52,560 nt of DNA from Candidatus Moraniibacteriota bacterium (GTDB lineage: Bacteria > Patescibacteriota > Minisyncoccia > Moranbacterales > UBA2206), in contig JAUXSK010000009.1 in the NCBI GenBank assembly GCA_030679995.1, positions 1 to 52,560 on the forward strand, in the 5' to 3' direction. Position numbers and translations under genes: made by a program. The notes under the pieces were generated by a model that did not search any database, was not told where the DNA came from, and was given only the letters and a program-made list of their open reading frames with translations. Shown in pieces: positions 18,694 to 30,720 of the stretch (position 1 is its first letter; each line of letters opens with the position of its first letter).

Positions 18694-19713
18694 ATGATCG
18701 AAAAAAGACAAGTGGAAATTTCCATGGGAGTGGTATTCCGGACGGCTATGCTTGCCATCGCCATTTGGTTTTTATATATGATCCGGGAAATCCTAGCCTT
18801 GCTTTTTATGGCGATTCTGATTGTGACGGCCATCGATCCGGTGGTGGACTATCTGCAAAGAAAAAAGGTTCCGCGGACTCTCGGCGTGCTGGTCGTGTAT
18901 GTGCTGCTTTCTCTGGTGATCGGCCTGTCTATCTCATTTCTTGTGCCGCCGCTTATCAGCCAATCCAAGGATTTCATAGAAAAGATTCCTGCATATCTGC
19001 AATCAGCCGGAAGCTATCCGGGTATCGCCAGCGATTATTTCCAAAGCCATAATATGGTTTTGAATGTCCAGCAGATCGCGGATAATTTCAACAATGGGAT
19101 TTCCAATCTTCCCCAACAAATATTTTCCGGGACGATAGATTTGGTCGGCAATTTCATTTCGATTATCGTGGTCCTGGTAATGGCTTTCTATATGACCGTC
19201 AAAGAGGATGGCATCAAAAAATTCATCGTTTCGATTACGCCGGAAAAACACAGGGATTACGCGGTTTCACTGACCGATCGGGCGGAGCTTAAGATCGGCA
19301 AGTGGGTGCAAGGCCAATTTTTCCTGATGTTGATTATTTTTCTATTGGATTTTGTCGGCTTATCCATAATCGGAATCCCATATGCTTTGCCACTGGCGAT
19401 TTTTGCCGGCATTATGGAAATCGTGCCCTATGTCGGGCCGATCGTATCGGCTATTCCTGGAATTATTCTAGGGTTGCTGATTTCGCCGATGACGGGTTTG
19501 ATAACGTTGCTGCTATATTTTTTCGCCCAGCAATTCGAGAGCCACATCGTCGTTCCGCAAGTGATGAAAAAAGCGGTCGGGCTAAACCCGATCGCGGTTA
19601 TCCTGGCCTTGCTCATCGGTTTGAAGCTGGGCGGGGTCCTGGGTGCCATCTTGTCCATACCGTTAGCGACCGTCATCAGTGTTTTTGTTGAGGACTTTTG
19701 GAAAAAGGAATAG
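18694..19713 (+). CDS. AI-2E family (PerM) membrane transporter
   Basis: Multiple TMs, IVPYVGP, QQFESHIVVPQVM..VGLNP, GAILSIPL. Confidence 0.9.
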   Translation: MIEKRQVEISMGVVFRTAMLAIAIWFLYMIREILALLFMAILIVTAIDPVVDYLQRKKVPRTLGVLVVYVLLSLVIGLSISFLVPPLISQSKDFIEKIPAYLQSAGSYPGIASDYFQSHNMVLNVQQIADNFNNGISNLPQQIFSGTIDLVGNFISIIVVLVMAFYMTVKEDGIKKFIVSITPEKHRDYAVSLTDRAELKIGKWVQGQFFLMLIIFLLDFVGLSIIGIPYALPLAIFAGIMEIVPYVGPIVSAIPGIILGLLISPMTGLITLLLYFFAQQFESHIVVPQVMKKAVGLNPIAVILALLIGLKLGGVLGAILSIPLATVISVFVEDFWKKE

Positions 19714-19809
19714 TCGCGGGAGATGGATTGAAAATCATCCTAGCTGTTTTTGCGAATGTTTTTTTGTCGGGCAGTTGAAAAAAAGCCGCGATTAAGCTAG
19801 ACTGGATTT

Positions 19810-20502
19810 ATGGATACAGGCATATTATATATCGTGGCCACGCCGATCGGAAACTTGGAAGACATCACTTTCCGGGCTGTCCGTGCGTTGGGTTCGGTCG
19901 ATCTGGTGGTGTGCGAGGATACACGGGTGACCAGACGGCTTTTAGACCACTACGGGATCAAGACCCAGGCTGTTTCTTTTTATCGGAATTGCAAATATGG
20001 CGGAGCGGTCAAGCCGGTACCGAAGCTGGATTTTTTGATAAGCGAATTGCTGGCAGGTAAAAATCTGGCCTTGGTGACGGACGCCGGGACGCCGGGCATT
20101 TCCGACCCAGGAAACCAGCTGGTGGCCGCGGCCGTCGCGGAACAAATCTCCGTCATTCCTGTACCGGGCGTATCGGCAGTAACGACGCTGGCCAGCGTTT
20201 CCGGAATCGATTTGAGCGAATTCGTTTTTCTGGGTTTTCCGCCGCACAAAAAAGGCCGGGAAACTTTTTTCAAAAAAGTGATAGGATTTTCTTTGCCGGT
20301 CGTGTATTATGAATCTCCGCACCGGGTCTTGAAAAATCTGGAATTGTTGCAGAAAATGGAATCCGAAAAGCAGGTCATACTCGGACGTGAGCTGACTAAG
20401 ATGTTTGAAGAAATCGTGCGGGGTCCGGTTTCCGAGGTTCTGGGATATTTCCAGCAGAACCCGGGCAAGGTGAAAGGCGAATTCGTAATTATTGTTTATT
20501 AG
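19810..20502 (+). CDS. rsmI: 16S rRNA C1402 2'-O-methyltransferase
   Basis: LYIVATPIGNLEDIT.RA, CEDTR, DAGTPGISDPG, YESPHR, RELTK.FEE. Confidence 0.96.
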   Translation: MDTGILYIVATPIGNLEDITFRAVRALGSVDLVVCEDTRVTRRLLDHYGIKTQAVSFYRNCKYGGAVKPVPKLDFLISELLAGKNLALVTDAGTPGISDPGNQLVAAAVAEQISVIPVPGVSAVTTLASVSGIDLSEFVFLGFPPHKKGRETFFKKVIGFSLPVVYYESPHRVLKNLELLQKMESEKQVILGRELTKMFEEIVRGPVSEVLGYFQQNPGKVKGEFVIIVY

Positions 20503-20503
20503 T

Positions 20504-21937
20504 ATGTCAGATAAATTTTATATCACTACGCCGATATATTACGTAAACGCCAAACCGCATATCGGCCATGCCTACACGACGATCGCGGCCGATGTTTTAG
20601 CGCGTTTGCGCCGGTCCCAAGGCTGGGATGTTTCTTTTCTGACCGGCACTGACGAACATGGACTTAAAATCCAGAAAAAAGCGGAGGAAAACGGCAAGGA
20701 TCCACAGCAGTTCGTGGACGGTATCTCCGAAGAATTCAAGGGGCTTTGGCGGAGTCTGAATATCGAGTATTCCGGCTTTATCCGGACCACGGACACCCGA
20801 CATATGATGGCCGTGCAAAAAGTCTTGCAAATCTTGTATGACAAAGGTGCTATCTATAAAGGTAAATATTCCGGAATGTATTGCGTCGGATGCGAGCAAT
20901 TCAAGAGCGAAAACGAATTGATTGACGGGAAGTGTCCAGATCATGACACTATGCCGGAAAGGATGGAAGAAGAATGCTATCTCCTGAAGATGGCCGATAT
21001 CCAAGACGAGCTTATCAGAAAAATAGAAAGCGATGAATTTCGGATCGCGCCGGAGAGATATAAGAACGAGATTTTGTCTTTTTTGAAAAACCAAAGCCTG
21101 AACGATATTTCCATTTCTAGGAAAAATGTGCGGTGGGGAGTGCCGTTGCCTTTTGATTCCGAACAGACGACGTATGTCTGGATCGACGCCTTCCTGAATT
21201 ATCTTACCGGAATCGGCTGGAATGGGGAAATTGACGACATTCCGAAAGAATGGCCGGCGGACGTGCAATTTATCGGAAAGGATATTTTGCGGGTGCACGC
21301 GACGATTTGGCCGGCGATTTTGATCCATCTCGGCATCGGGTTGCCGAAGATGCTTTTTACGCACGGGCATATCTTGTCTGACGGGAAAAAAATGAGTAAG
21401 ACCTTGGGCAACGCGATTTCCATCGAGGAGATGCTCGAAAAGTTCGGGGTGGACGGCACGCGCTATCTCCTATTGTCGGCTGGTCCGTTCGGGCAAGACA
21501 TCGATGTGACGATGGAAAGGATGATTGAGAATTATAACGCCGATTTGGCCAATGGCATCGGCAATATAACGAGCCGGATAGTCGCTCTGAACCAAAAAAT
21601 GACAGGGGGTTTTGTCGGAATGGATTTTTTAAAAAAAGATGTGGTGGCATATGATGATGGGACATTGCGAGAAAATCTGAAAAATTTAAGATTGGATTTG
21701 GAGTTGCGTGACATAATGATCCATGTCCAGGAGCTGAATAAATATATAGCCGATAATAAGCCTTGGGAAGTTTTTAAGAGTGATGAAAGGAAATTTGCGG
21801 TGATAATGGAGCATTCGTCCCGGGGACTTATGTTTATTGCCAATAAGTTGCTCCCGTTCATGCCGGCCACGGCGGAAAAGATCAAAGAGGCCTTGGCGAC
21901 AAGGCAAGTGGAAATATTGTTCCAGCGCATTAAGTAA
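20504..21937 (+). CDS. metG: Methionyl-tRNA synthetase (short form, no C-terminal tRNA-binding domain)
   Basis: ITTPIYYVN..PHIGH, GTDEHG, YVWIDA, GKDI, KMSKT. Confidence 0.96.
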   Translation: MSDKFYITTPIYYVNAKPHIGHAYTTIAADVLARLRRSQGWDVSFLTGTDEHGLKIQKKAEENGKDPQQFVDGISEEFKGLWRSLNIEYSGFIRTTDTRHMMAVQKVLQILYDKGAIYKGKYSGMYCVGCEQFKSENELIDGKCPDHDTMPERMEEECYLLKMADIQDELIRKIESDEFRIAPERYKNEILSFLKNQSLNDISISRKNVRWGVPLPFDSEQTTYVWIDAFLNYLTGIGWNGEIDDIPKEWPADVQFIGKDILRVHATIWPAILIHLGIGLPKMLFTHGHILSDGKKMSKTLGNAISIEEMLEKFGVDGTRYLLLSAGPFGQDIDVTMERMIENYNADLANGIGNITSRIVALNQKMTGGFVGMDFLKKDVVAYDDGTLRENLKNLRLDLELRDIMIHVQELNKYIADNKPWEVFKSDERKFAVIMEHSSRGLMFIANKLLPFMPATAEKIKEALATRQVEILFQRIK

Positions 21938-21962
21938 GTTTTCATTCCAGGTAAAAAACAAA

Positions 21963-22634
21963 ATGAAAAAAATAAAAATAATTTCGATGTCCATTATGTT
22001 GGCGGCCATAGTTTTTTCCAGCCAAGTATCCTTGGCCGCGACGACTGTCAATTACGGGACGACTACTTTTTTTTCCGATGAGAAAGATGTCAAACCGCCG
22101 GTCGAAAAGCCCATATATGATACCGGCATCAGGGGTGGGAAGGAACCCGGAAGCAGTGGCGGGGAGGATGTTGTCGATAGCGAAGGATCGTCATCCGGCG
22201 GCAGCCTGTTTGACCAAGTCATCACTGGAGTGAGTTCATTTTTCAGCGGTTCATCGACTTCGGACAGTCCGGCGGAAGGATCGCTTTTCGATTTACAGAA
22301 GGACTTCGGCCGTGATTCGGACGGGTATCCGGCCGATGGGACGGGGGAATTCATTATGGGCGCCAGGGGCGAGAGTTATGAAAATATGGATATCGATGAA
22401 TATAATAGCCGGATCGCCGGAAAATTTAATTTCAAGGACAACACTTCCGTATCAGCGCCCAAAAAAAGCAAATTACTTTTCACCAATATCATCGTTCCAG
22501 TCGATCTGACGACCCAATATGTCATCATAATAATGGTGATATTGGTGGCGATCGGATCGGCAGTCGGTTATTATTTTTGGAAAAAAGAAGTGGAAAAAAT
22601 GAGCAAGAAACCCAAAGACGAGGATTATGATTGA
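21963..22634 (+). CDS. Hypothetical surface protein: signal peptide, Ser/Gly-rich linker, C-terminal TM anchor
   Basis: MKKIKII...SLA signal; TM followed by a basic tail; overlaps the tatD start. Confidence 0.75.
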   Translation: MKKIKIISMSIMLAAIVFSSQVSLAATTVNYGTTTFFSDEKDVKPPVEKPIYDTGIRGGKEPGSSGGEDVVDSEGSSSGGSLFDQVITGVSSFFSGSSTSDSPAEGSLFDLQKDFGRDSDGYPADGTGEFIMGARGESYENMDIDEYNSRIAGKFNFKDNTSVSAPKKSKLLFTNIIVPVDLTTQYVIIIMVILVAIGSAVGYYFWKKEVEKMSKKPKDEDYD

Positions 22635-23436
22635 CACCCATTCCCATCTTGATGACAAACGGTTTGACGGAGACCGCGAGGAAATTATTTCGCGGGCTTT
22701 TTCCGGCGGAGTGGAAAAAATCATCAATGTCGGAGCGGATTTGGAAAGCAGCACGCAGTCGGTCGGATTGGCCGGTAGAAATAAAAACATCTTTGCGGCA
22801 GTGGGTTTGCATCCGCATATTTTCAACCAAGCCGGGGAATTTTCAAAAAAAATCCAAAGCTTGGGGGGATTGGCAGCTGATAAAAAAGTCGTGGCGATAG
22901 GCGAGATCGGTTTGGATTATTTCAGCCATACGGGAGAAAAAATAACGGAAGCGCAGAAAAAAAACCAGCAGCAAGGATTCATCGCCCAATTGGAATTGGC
23001 CCGGGATTTGGATTTGCCGGCCATCATCCATTGCCGCGCGTCAAAAGATGACCCTATCGATGCCTACGAGGATGCCTATAGGATAATCAACGTGTTCCAT
23101 AGTATGCGGGTGGTTTTCCATTGTTACGGCGGCGGCTTGGAATTCACAAGAAAAATCATACAAGAAACGGATGCCTTTTTTTCTTTTACGGGAAACATCA
23201 CTTATGTCAAAGCCGGTTCTGAGGCTATCGAAGTGTTGAAAGCTATCCCATTGGAACGGATGATGTTGGAAACGGATTGTCCATATCTGGCTCCCGTGCC
23301 GCACCGGGGAAAGCGCAATGAGCCGGCATATATCGCATATGTGAAGGAAAAAATCGCGGAAATAAAGGAAATTCCAGCCCAAGAGATTGATCGGATCACG
23401 ACGGAAAATGCCAGATTATTTTTCAAATTAGGCTAA
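22627..23436 (+). CDS. tatD: TatD family hydrolase/DNase
   Basis: IDTHSHL, GLHP, GEIGLDY, IHCR, FHCY, ETDCPYLAP..RGKRNEP. Confidence 0.95.
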   Translation: MIDTHSHLDDKRFDGDREEIISRAFSGGVEKIINVGADLESSTQSVGLAGRNKNIFAAVGLHPHIFNQAGEFSKKIQSLGGLAADKKVVAIGEIGLDYFSHTGEKITEAQKKNQQQGFIAQLELARDLDLPAIIHCRASKDDPIDAYEDAYRIINVFHSMRVVFHCYGGGLEFTRKIIQETDAFFSFTGNITYVKAGSEAIEVLKAIPLERMMLETDCPYLAPVPHRGKRNEPAYIAYVKEKIAEIKEIPAQEIDRITTENARLFFKLG

Positions 23437-23559
23437 GATTTTTAAATTTGCCAGGGGATTTTCAAGTGAAATTTTCGAGTGGTTGACTTTTTTTAAATTT
23501 TGCGGGAAAATAGACAGTGATGTTGCTTTGCTATGCATAGGCGCATTAAAAGTAAAATA

Positions 23560-23787
23560 ATGGATAGAGAAATTGGAAAAGATGATAGCTTCTCCGCTTG
23601 GTCATTTGCCTGGGAATTAGGGTATTCGATCGCCGTGCCGCTAGCGGCATTGGCTTTTGCTGGAAGATTTCTGGATAAGAAACTGGGAACATCGCCGTTT
23701 TTACTGCTTGCCTGTATCCTCGTTTCAATCGCCATTTCGGCATATATAGTCTACAAAAAAACAACCGATATAATGAACAGAAAATAA
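23560..23787 (+). CDS. AtpZ/AtpI-like small membrane protein (ATPase gene 1)
   Basis: GYSIAVP...GRFLDKKLGTSP motif; first gene of the atp operon. Confidence 0.85.
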   Translation: MDREIGKDDSFSAWSFAWELGYSIAVPLAALAFAGRFLDKKLGTSPFLLLACILVSIAISAYIVYKKTTDIMNRK

Positions 23788-24539
23788 TGGAAATTTCACT
23801 CGCACCAGAAATAATATTCCATATCGGATCTTTTCCGGTTACCAACTCGCTCTTGATGACGCTTATTTTAAGCGCGATTATTATCCTGACCTCCCTCAAT
23901 CTCCGAAACAAGCTGAAGCTTGTGCCCAAAGGCTTCCAAAACATATTCGAATATGTTATGGAAGCTTTTTTGGATCTGATCGACAGCGTTACGCAGAACC
24001 GCGAGCAGACCCGCAAATTCTTTCCGCTGGTGGTGACTATTTTCCTGTTCGTGATACTTTCCAATTGGATCGAACTTGTTCCCGGATTGGGAACTATCGG
24101 CATCAATGAAACGCATCATGGCAAGACGATCCTAGTCCCTTTCATCAGGAGCGCTTCGGCTGATTTGAATATGACATTGGCGATCGCGCTTATCTCGGTT
24201 TTCACGATCCAATTTATGGGCATCGCCGCTATCGGAGCGGCCAGATATGCGGGTAAGTTTTTCGTGAATCCTTTGCGCAAACCCTATTTTATCGGAACTT
24301 TCGTGGGAATTTTGGAACTGATCAGTGAGGTCGCTAAAATAATCTCTTTTTCCTTCCGTCTTTTCGGGAATATTTTTGCCGGCGAAGTGCTTCTGATCGT
24401 TATGTTGAATTTGGTCCCATATTTCGTGCCGCTGCCTTTTTTGTTCCTGGAATTGTTTGTCGGATTCGTACAGGCGCTGGTTTTCGCGATGTTGACGCTG
24501 GTATTTTTAAAGATGGCGGTGACGGCGCATGAACATTAA
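23787..24539 (+). CDS. atpB: ATP synthase F0 subunit a
   Basis: P..FQN..E, SFSFRLFGNIFAGE, VQALVF..LT. Confidence 0.97.
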   Translation: MEISLAPEIIFHIGSFPVTNSLLMTLILSAIIILTSLNLRNKLKLVPKGFQNIFEYVMEAFLDLIDSVTQNREQTRKFFPLVVTIFLFVILSNWIELVPGLGTIGINETHHGKTILVPFIRSASADLNMTLAIALISVFTIQFMGIAAIGAARYAGKFFVNPLRKPYFIGTFVGILELISEVAKIISFSFRLFGNIFAGEVLLIVMLNLVPYFVPLPFLFLELFVGFVQALVFAMLTLVFLKMAVTAHEH

Positions 24540-24587
24540 TGCGTGATTGCTGGACGGCTATATCGCTGAATCATTGGAATGATTTAA

Positions 24588-24914
<327 letters not shown>

Positions 24915-25002
24915 TCAGCGGACAGGGAGCAATGAACAGCGAACATATTTCCTGTTCATTGATCTTTGCACATTGGTTATCGTAAAAATTAACTACAAAA
25001 AA

Positions 25003-25488
25003 ATGGAATTATTGGATAATTTGGGAATCGATGGAAGGTTGTTGCTGGCACAGCTCATCAACTTCGTAATCCTGCTGGCCGTGCTGTATAAATTCGCTTA
25101 CGGTCCGGTTTTGAAAATTTTGGAAGAGCGGACGAAAAAAATCGAGAATGGTCTGAAAGATGCCGAAGAATCCCACAAGAAATTGGCTGAAATTTCTGAA
25201 AAGGAGGCGGCGGTCTTGGTGGAGGCTAGGAAAAATGCCCAGCAAATAATTAAAAAATCGGAAGAAGCTGCCGTCAAGAATGCGGAAGAAATCATAGTGT
25301 TGGCTAAGGACCAATCAATCAAGATGCTGGAGCAAGCCAAAAAGCAGATTGAGCAGGAAAAGGAGAAGATCTTGGCAGAAGTGAAAACTGAAGTGGCCGA
25401 ATTGATAATGGTCGCGACCGGGAAGATTATCGATGAGAAATTGGATAGTGAAAAAGATCGTGATTTAATCAATCGAAGTATAAAATAA
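25003..25488 (+). CDS. atpF: ATP synthase F0 subunit b
   Basis: QLINFVIL..L.KF.Y.P...LEER..KI, coiled coil. Confidence 0.95.
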   Translation: MELLDNLGIDGRLLLAQLINFVILLAVLYKFAYGPVLKILEERTKKIENGLKDAEESHKKLAEISEKEAAVLVEARKNAQQIIKKSEEAAVKNAEEIIVLAKDQSIKMLEQAKKQIEQEKEKILAEVKTEVAELIMVATGKIIDEKLDSEKDRDLINRSIK

Positions 25489-25889
25489 TGCGCTTGTCAG
25501 TCAATCAGTATGCGAAAGCCTTGTACGCTTCAGTCAAGGACAAATCCCAAGGCGATATCGGCTTGGTGGTGGCGAATTTGCTGAATCTTTTGCGAAAAAA
25601 TGGACAGATGAAATCAGCTGGGAAAATCATCGATAATTTCTCAGTCATTTGGAATAAGGAAAACGGGATCGTCGAAGCGGAAATAACCAGTCGGGAGGCG
25701 CTGGATAAAGCGTCGCAAGACGGAATCAAGGAATTCATAGCCGGAAAATATGCGGCCAAGGAGGTGATAGTCAGCAATATTGTCGATGAGGATATCCGAG
25801 GCGGAATAATAATCAGGATCGGGGACGAATTGATAGACGCTAGCGTGCGGAGAAGATTGACTGACCTGGGTAAAAGTTTGGGAGCTTAA
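25488..25889 (+). CDS. atpH: ATP synthase F1 delta (short form)
   Basis: YAKAL, VD..IRGGIIIRIGD.LIDAS. Confidence 0.92.
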   Translation: MRLSVNQYAKALYASVKDKSQGDIGLVVANLLNLLRKNGQMKSAGKIIDNFSVIWNKENGIVEAEITSREALDKASQDGIKEFIAGKYAAKEVIVSNIVDEDIRGGIIIRIGDELIDASVRRRLTDLGKSLGA

Positions 25890-25949
25890 GAATTTCCAGC
25901 AATCAAATCATCTGTTAAGTCATTATTTTAAAATAATTTAAATAAATTT

Positions 25950-27461
25950 ATGAATACGAAGGATTATATCGTCGATCAGCTGAAAAAACAATTGGAAAAT
26001 TTTGAAACTGCGACACAGACTGAGAAAATCGGGACGGTAGTGGAGGTCGGGGATGGCGTGGCGAAAATTTCCGGGTTGTCCGATGCGATGGCCAGTGAAA
26101 TGTTGGATTTCGGCAACGGGATTTTCGGTGTGGCTCTCAATCTAGAGGAAGGCGCCGTGGGTGCGATGATTCTGGGATCTTATGAAGGTATCAAGGAAGG
26201 GGATATCGTCAAATCGACCGGCAAAATCTTGTCGGTGCCGGTGGGCGATATGATGATCGGGCGGGTAGTGAGCCCGTTAGGAGAGGCGATTGATGGCAAA
26301 GGCGAAATAAAATCCGAAACGTATTATCCGGTGGAAAAAATCGCGCCGGGAGTTATAACCAGAAAATCGGTAAGCGTACCGGTGCAAACCGGTATTAAAG
26401 CGATTGACGCGGTTATTCCGGTCGGACGCGGCCAGCGGGAGCTTATTATCGGGGACAGACAGACTGGTAAAACAGCGGTGGCGGTCGATGCGATTATCAA
26501 TCAGAAGGGACAAGATTTGATTTGTATTTATGTGGCTATCGGTCAAAAGGAATCCAAGATCGCGAGGATCGTGGCGGAGCTGGAAAAACGCGGGGCGATG
26601 GAACATACGATTATGGTCGTGGCCGGCGCCTCTGATCCAGCGGCGCTATCATTCATCTCTCCATATGCCGGTTGCGCGATGGGGGAATATTTTTTAGACA
26701 AAGGCAAGGATGTTTTGATAATCTATGATGATCTGAGCAAACACGCTTGGGCCTATCGCCAAATTTCCTTGATTTTGCGCCGGCCACCGGGACGCGAAGC
26801 TTATCCGGGGGATATTTTTTATCTGCATTCAAGACTTCTGGAAAGATCGGCGCGCCTGAATGAAGATTTTGGCGGCGGCTCAATTACGGCTTTGCCGATC
26901 ATTGAAACGCAAGCGGGCGATGTTTCAGCTTATATCCCGACCAATGTCATTTCCATTACGGATGGCCAGATATATTTGGAAACAGATCTTTTCTATAAAG
27001 GCATCCGCCCGGCGCTGAATGTCGGTTTGTCCGTTTCCCGCGTAGGTTCCGCGGCGCAGACCAAGGCGATGAAAAAAGTGGCTGGAAAGTTGCGGCTTGA
27101 TCTGGCGCAGTTCCGTGAGTTGGAAGCGTTCGCGCAATTTGGATCGGATTTGGATGAAAATACCCGCCGCCAAATCGAGCGTGGAAGAAGGACGGTTGAA
27201 ATTTTGAAACAGGACCAATATGAGCCGATGGCGATGCAAAACCAAGTCGCTATCCTCTATGCCTTGACCAATGGATTTTTGGATGATGTAGCGGTGGAAA
27301 AAGTGAAATTTTGGGAAAATGATTTCCATAAGTATCTGAAATCCAATTCGAAAGAGATGTTGGAAATGATCGCGGAAAAGAAAGAGTTGAACGAGGAAGT
27401 GGTGGCGGCTTTGGAAAAAGCGATCAAGGAATTCAAGGAAATTTATCAGAACGGGAATTAA
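25950..27461 (+). CDS. atpA: ATP synthase F1 alpha
   Basis: [29 protein letters not shown]. Confidence 0.98.
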   Translation: MNTKDYIVDQLKKQLENFETATQTEKIGTVVEVGDGVAKISGLSDAMASEMLDFGNGIFGVALNLEEGAVGAMILGSYEGIKEGDIVKSTGKILSVPVGDMMIGRVVSPLGEAIDGKGEIKSETYYPVEKIAPGVITRKSVSVPVQTGIKAIDAVIPVGRGQRELIIGDRQTGKTAVAVDAIINQKGQDLICIYVAIGQKESKIARIVAELEKRGAMEHTIMVVAGASDPAALSFISPYAGCAMGEYFLDKGKDVLIIYDDLSKHAWAYRQISLILRRPPGREAYPGDIFYLHSRLLERSARLNEDFGGGSITALPIIETQAGDVSAYIPTNVISITDGQIYLETDLFYKGIRPALNVGLSVSRVGSAAQTKAMKKVAGKLRLDLAQFRELEAFAQFGSDLDENTRRQIERGRRTVEILKQDQYEPMAMQNQVAILYALTNGFLDDVAVEKVKFWENDFHKYLKSNSKEMLEMIAEKKELNEEVVAALEKAIKEFKEIYQNGN

Positions 27462-27578
27462 CAATTTTAAATTATAAATTTGAAATTTTAAATCAATATT
27501 TAATTTCCAAATGAATAAATTTTTACTCATTCAGAATTCATTTTAAATTTAAAATTGAAAATTTAAAATTAATCAGTT
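27462..27578. repeat. AT-rich heptamer-periodic palindromic element, atp copy 1
   Basis: CAATTTTAAATT...TTCATTTTAAATTTAAAATTGAAAATTTAAAATTAATC; closely similar to 30133-30255. Confidence 0.85.
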
Positions 27579-28532
27579 ATGGCATCAACACGCGACATCA
27601 GACGACGCATAAAATCCGTCGGCAATACCCAAAAAATAACCCGAGCGATGGAGATGGTTTCGGCTGCCAAGATGAGGAAATCGGTAGCGAGCGTTTTGGC
27701 GATCCGGCCGTATGCCCATGCCGCTTGGAGCGTCCTGACTAATTTGTCGCGGGCTTTTGCGGAATATAGGTCGGGGCTTTTGGAAGTGCGCAAAGTGAGA
27801 CGGGTCCTGGCTATCGCCATAACGTCGAACAAAGGTTTATGCGGGGCTTTCAACGCGCAACTTTCCAAGAAAATACGTGAAGAAATAGCCCATCCGGAAA
27901 ATTTGATGATCAATAGGATCGGAGATGAAAAAATCATATCCAAAGCTGAGGAAATTGAGATTGATTTTGTTACGATCGGCAAGAAAGGCGAGAATACGGT
28001 GCGCAAAGCCGGAAAAAATATCATAGCTTCTTTCAACGACCTGACGTATTTGCCTAAAATTGACGATGTGCGTATCGTAAGTAAAGTGGTGATGGATGAC
28101 TACTTGGCTAAAAAATATGACAAGGTGGTTATTTTTTATACTGATTATGTTTCGGCGATGAACCAGCAGACGAAAGTCCGCCAGCTTTTGCCAATTTCGA
28201 AGATAGACTTGGAAAAACAAATCGCTGCAATGGATGTTCTGGCGAAAGAATATGGACTGGACGAACCTGTGCGGGAATATAAGGTTGAGCCGGCTCCGGA
28301 AACCGTTTTGGAATATGTTTTGCCACGGTTGATCGAAATGCAGATTTATCATGCGATTTTGGAATCCAATGCTTCCAAGGAATCGGCGCGGATGATGGCG
28401 ATGCGCGGAGCGACGGAAGCTGCCGGAGAGATGCGGGATGATCTGACATTTGCCTATAATCAGATCCGCCAGATGAAGATTACGCAAGAAATAGCGGAGA
28501 TTTCAGCTGGACGGGCGGCGCTGGAAAGTTAA
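27579..28532 (+). CDS. atpG: ATP synthase F1 gamma
   Basis: RRIKSV.NT.KITRAMEMVSAAK, KGLCG.FN, RQ.KITQEIAEI. Confidence 0.97.
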   Translation: MASTRDIRRRIKSVGNTQKITRAMEMVSAAKMRKSVASVLAIRPYAHAAWSVLTNLSRAFAEYRSGLLEVRKVRRVLAIAITSNKGLCGAFNAQLSKKIREEIAHPENLMINRIGDEKIISKAEEIEIDFVTIGKKGENTVRKAGKNIIASFNDLTYLPKIDDVRIVSKVVMDDYLAKKYDKVVIFYTDYVSAMNQQTKVRQLLPISKIDLEKQIAAMDVLAKEYGLDEPVREYKVEPAPETVLEYVLPRLIEMQIYHAILESNASKESARMMAMRGATEAAGEMRDDLTFAYNQIRQMKITQEIAEISAGRAALES

Positions 28533-28727
28533 ATTATAAATATGCCCAAGGCGGGAAGGAATTGCACAAGATATGGATGCGGGAACGAAGCAGGCGCTCC
28601 CAATGTCGGGAAAGAAAAATTTAGGAGCGGAAACTTTAAATAATCAAAAGCATAGATCGCAGCAAATATCGGTTTTATCGCATTGGTAGCGGATGTTCGT
28701 GCAATAATTTTTTTAAATAATTTTTAG

Positions 28728-30116
<1,389 letters not shown>

Positions 30117-30132
30117 AACATTTTTTATTTCA

Positions 30133-30255
30133 CAATTTTAAATTAAAAATTTGAAATTTTAAATAAATATTTAATTCCTAAATGTTTAAATGATTAAAAA
30201 TTTATTCATTGGGATTTCATTTTAAATTTAAAATTGAAAATTTAAAATTAATCTT
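30133..30255. repeat. AT-rich heptamer-periodic palindromic element, atp copy 2
   Basis: Shares both ends with 27462-27578. Confidence 0.85.
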
Positions 30256-30693
30256 ATGGGTTCACGAATAAAATTTAAGATTGTCACTCCCGAAAAAACC
30301 GTTTTTGAAGCGGAGGTTTTCCAGGCGACTTTGCCGGTGACGGACGGGGAAGTCACTATCCTGCCTAATCATAGATCATATATCGCTTCGCTTAAGGCCG
30401 GGGAAGTCTGCTTGAAGTCTGATGCGGGAGATGTTTGTTTGGCTGTTTCGGGCGGATTTATCGAATTCAACCAGAATAATCTGGTGGTTTTGGCTGATAC
30501 GGCTGAACGGGCTGAAGAGATCGATTTGGCGCGAGCTGAGGAAGCGAGAATACGGGCGGAAGAGTTAAAGAAAGAAAAAATCGAAATGGATGATAGTGAA
30601 TATGCGCGCGTGGCGGCGGCCGTCGAAAAAGAGATGACTAGGATAAGGGTCGCTAAAAAACATCGCACGGTAACTGGTATGCATCTTGACTAA
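30256..30693 (+). CDS. atpC: ATP synthase F1 epsilon
   Basis: IVTPE, GEVTILPNH, VSGGFIE, LADTAE..EEID..RA. Confidence 0.96.
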   Translation: MGSRIKFKIVTPEKTVFEAEVFQATLPVTDGEVTILPNHRSYIASLKAGEVCLKSDAGDVCLAVSGGFIEFNQNNLVVLADTAERAEEIDLARAEEARIRAEELKKEKIEMDDSEYARVAAAVEKEMTRIRVAKKHRTVTGMHLD

Positions 30694-30720
30694 AATACCC
30701 AAGAGAGTATAACAGAAAAT

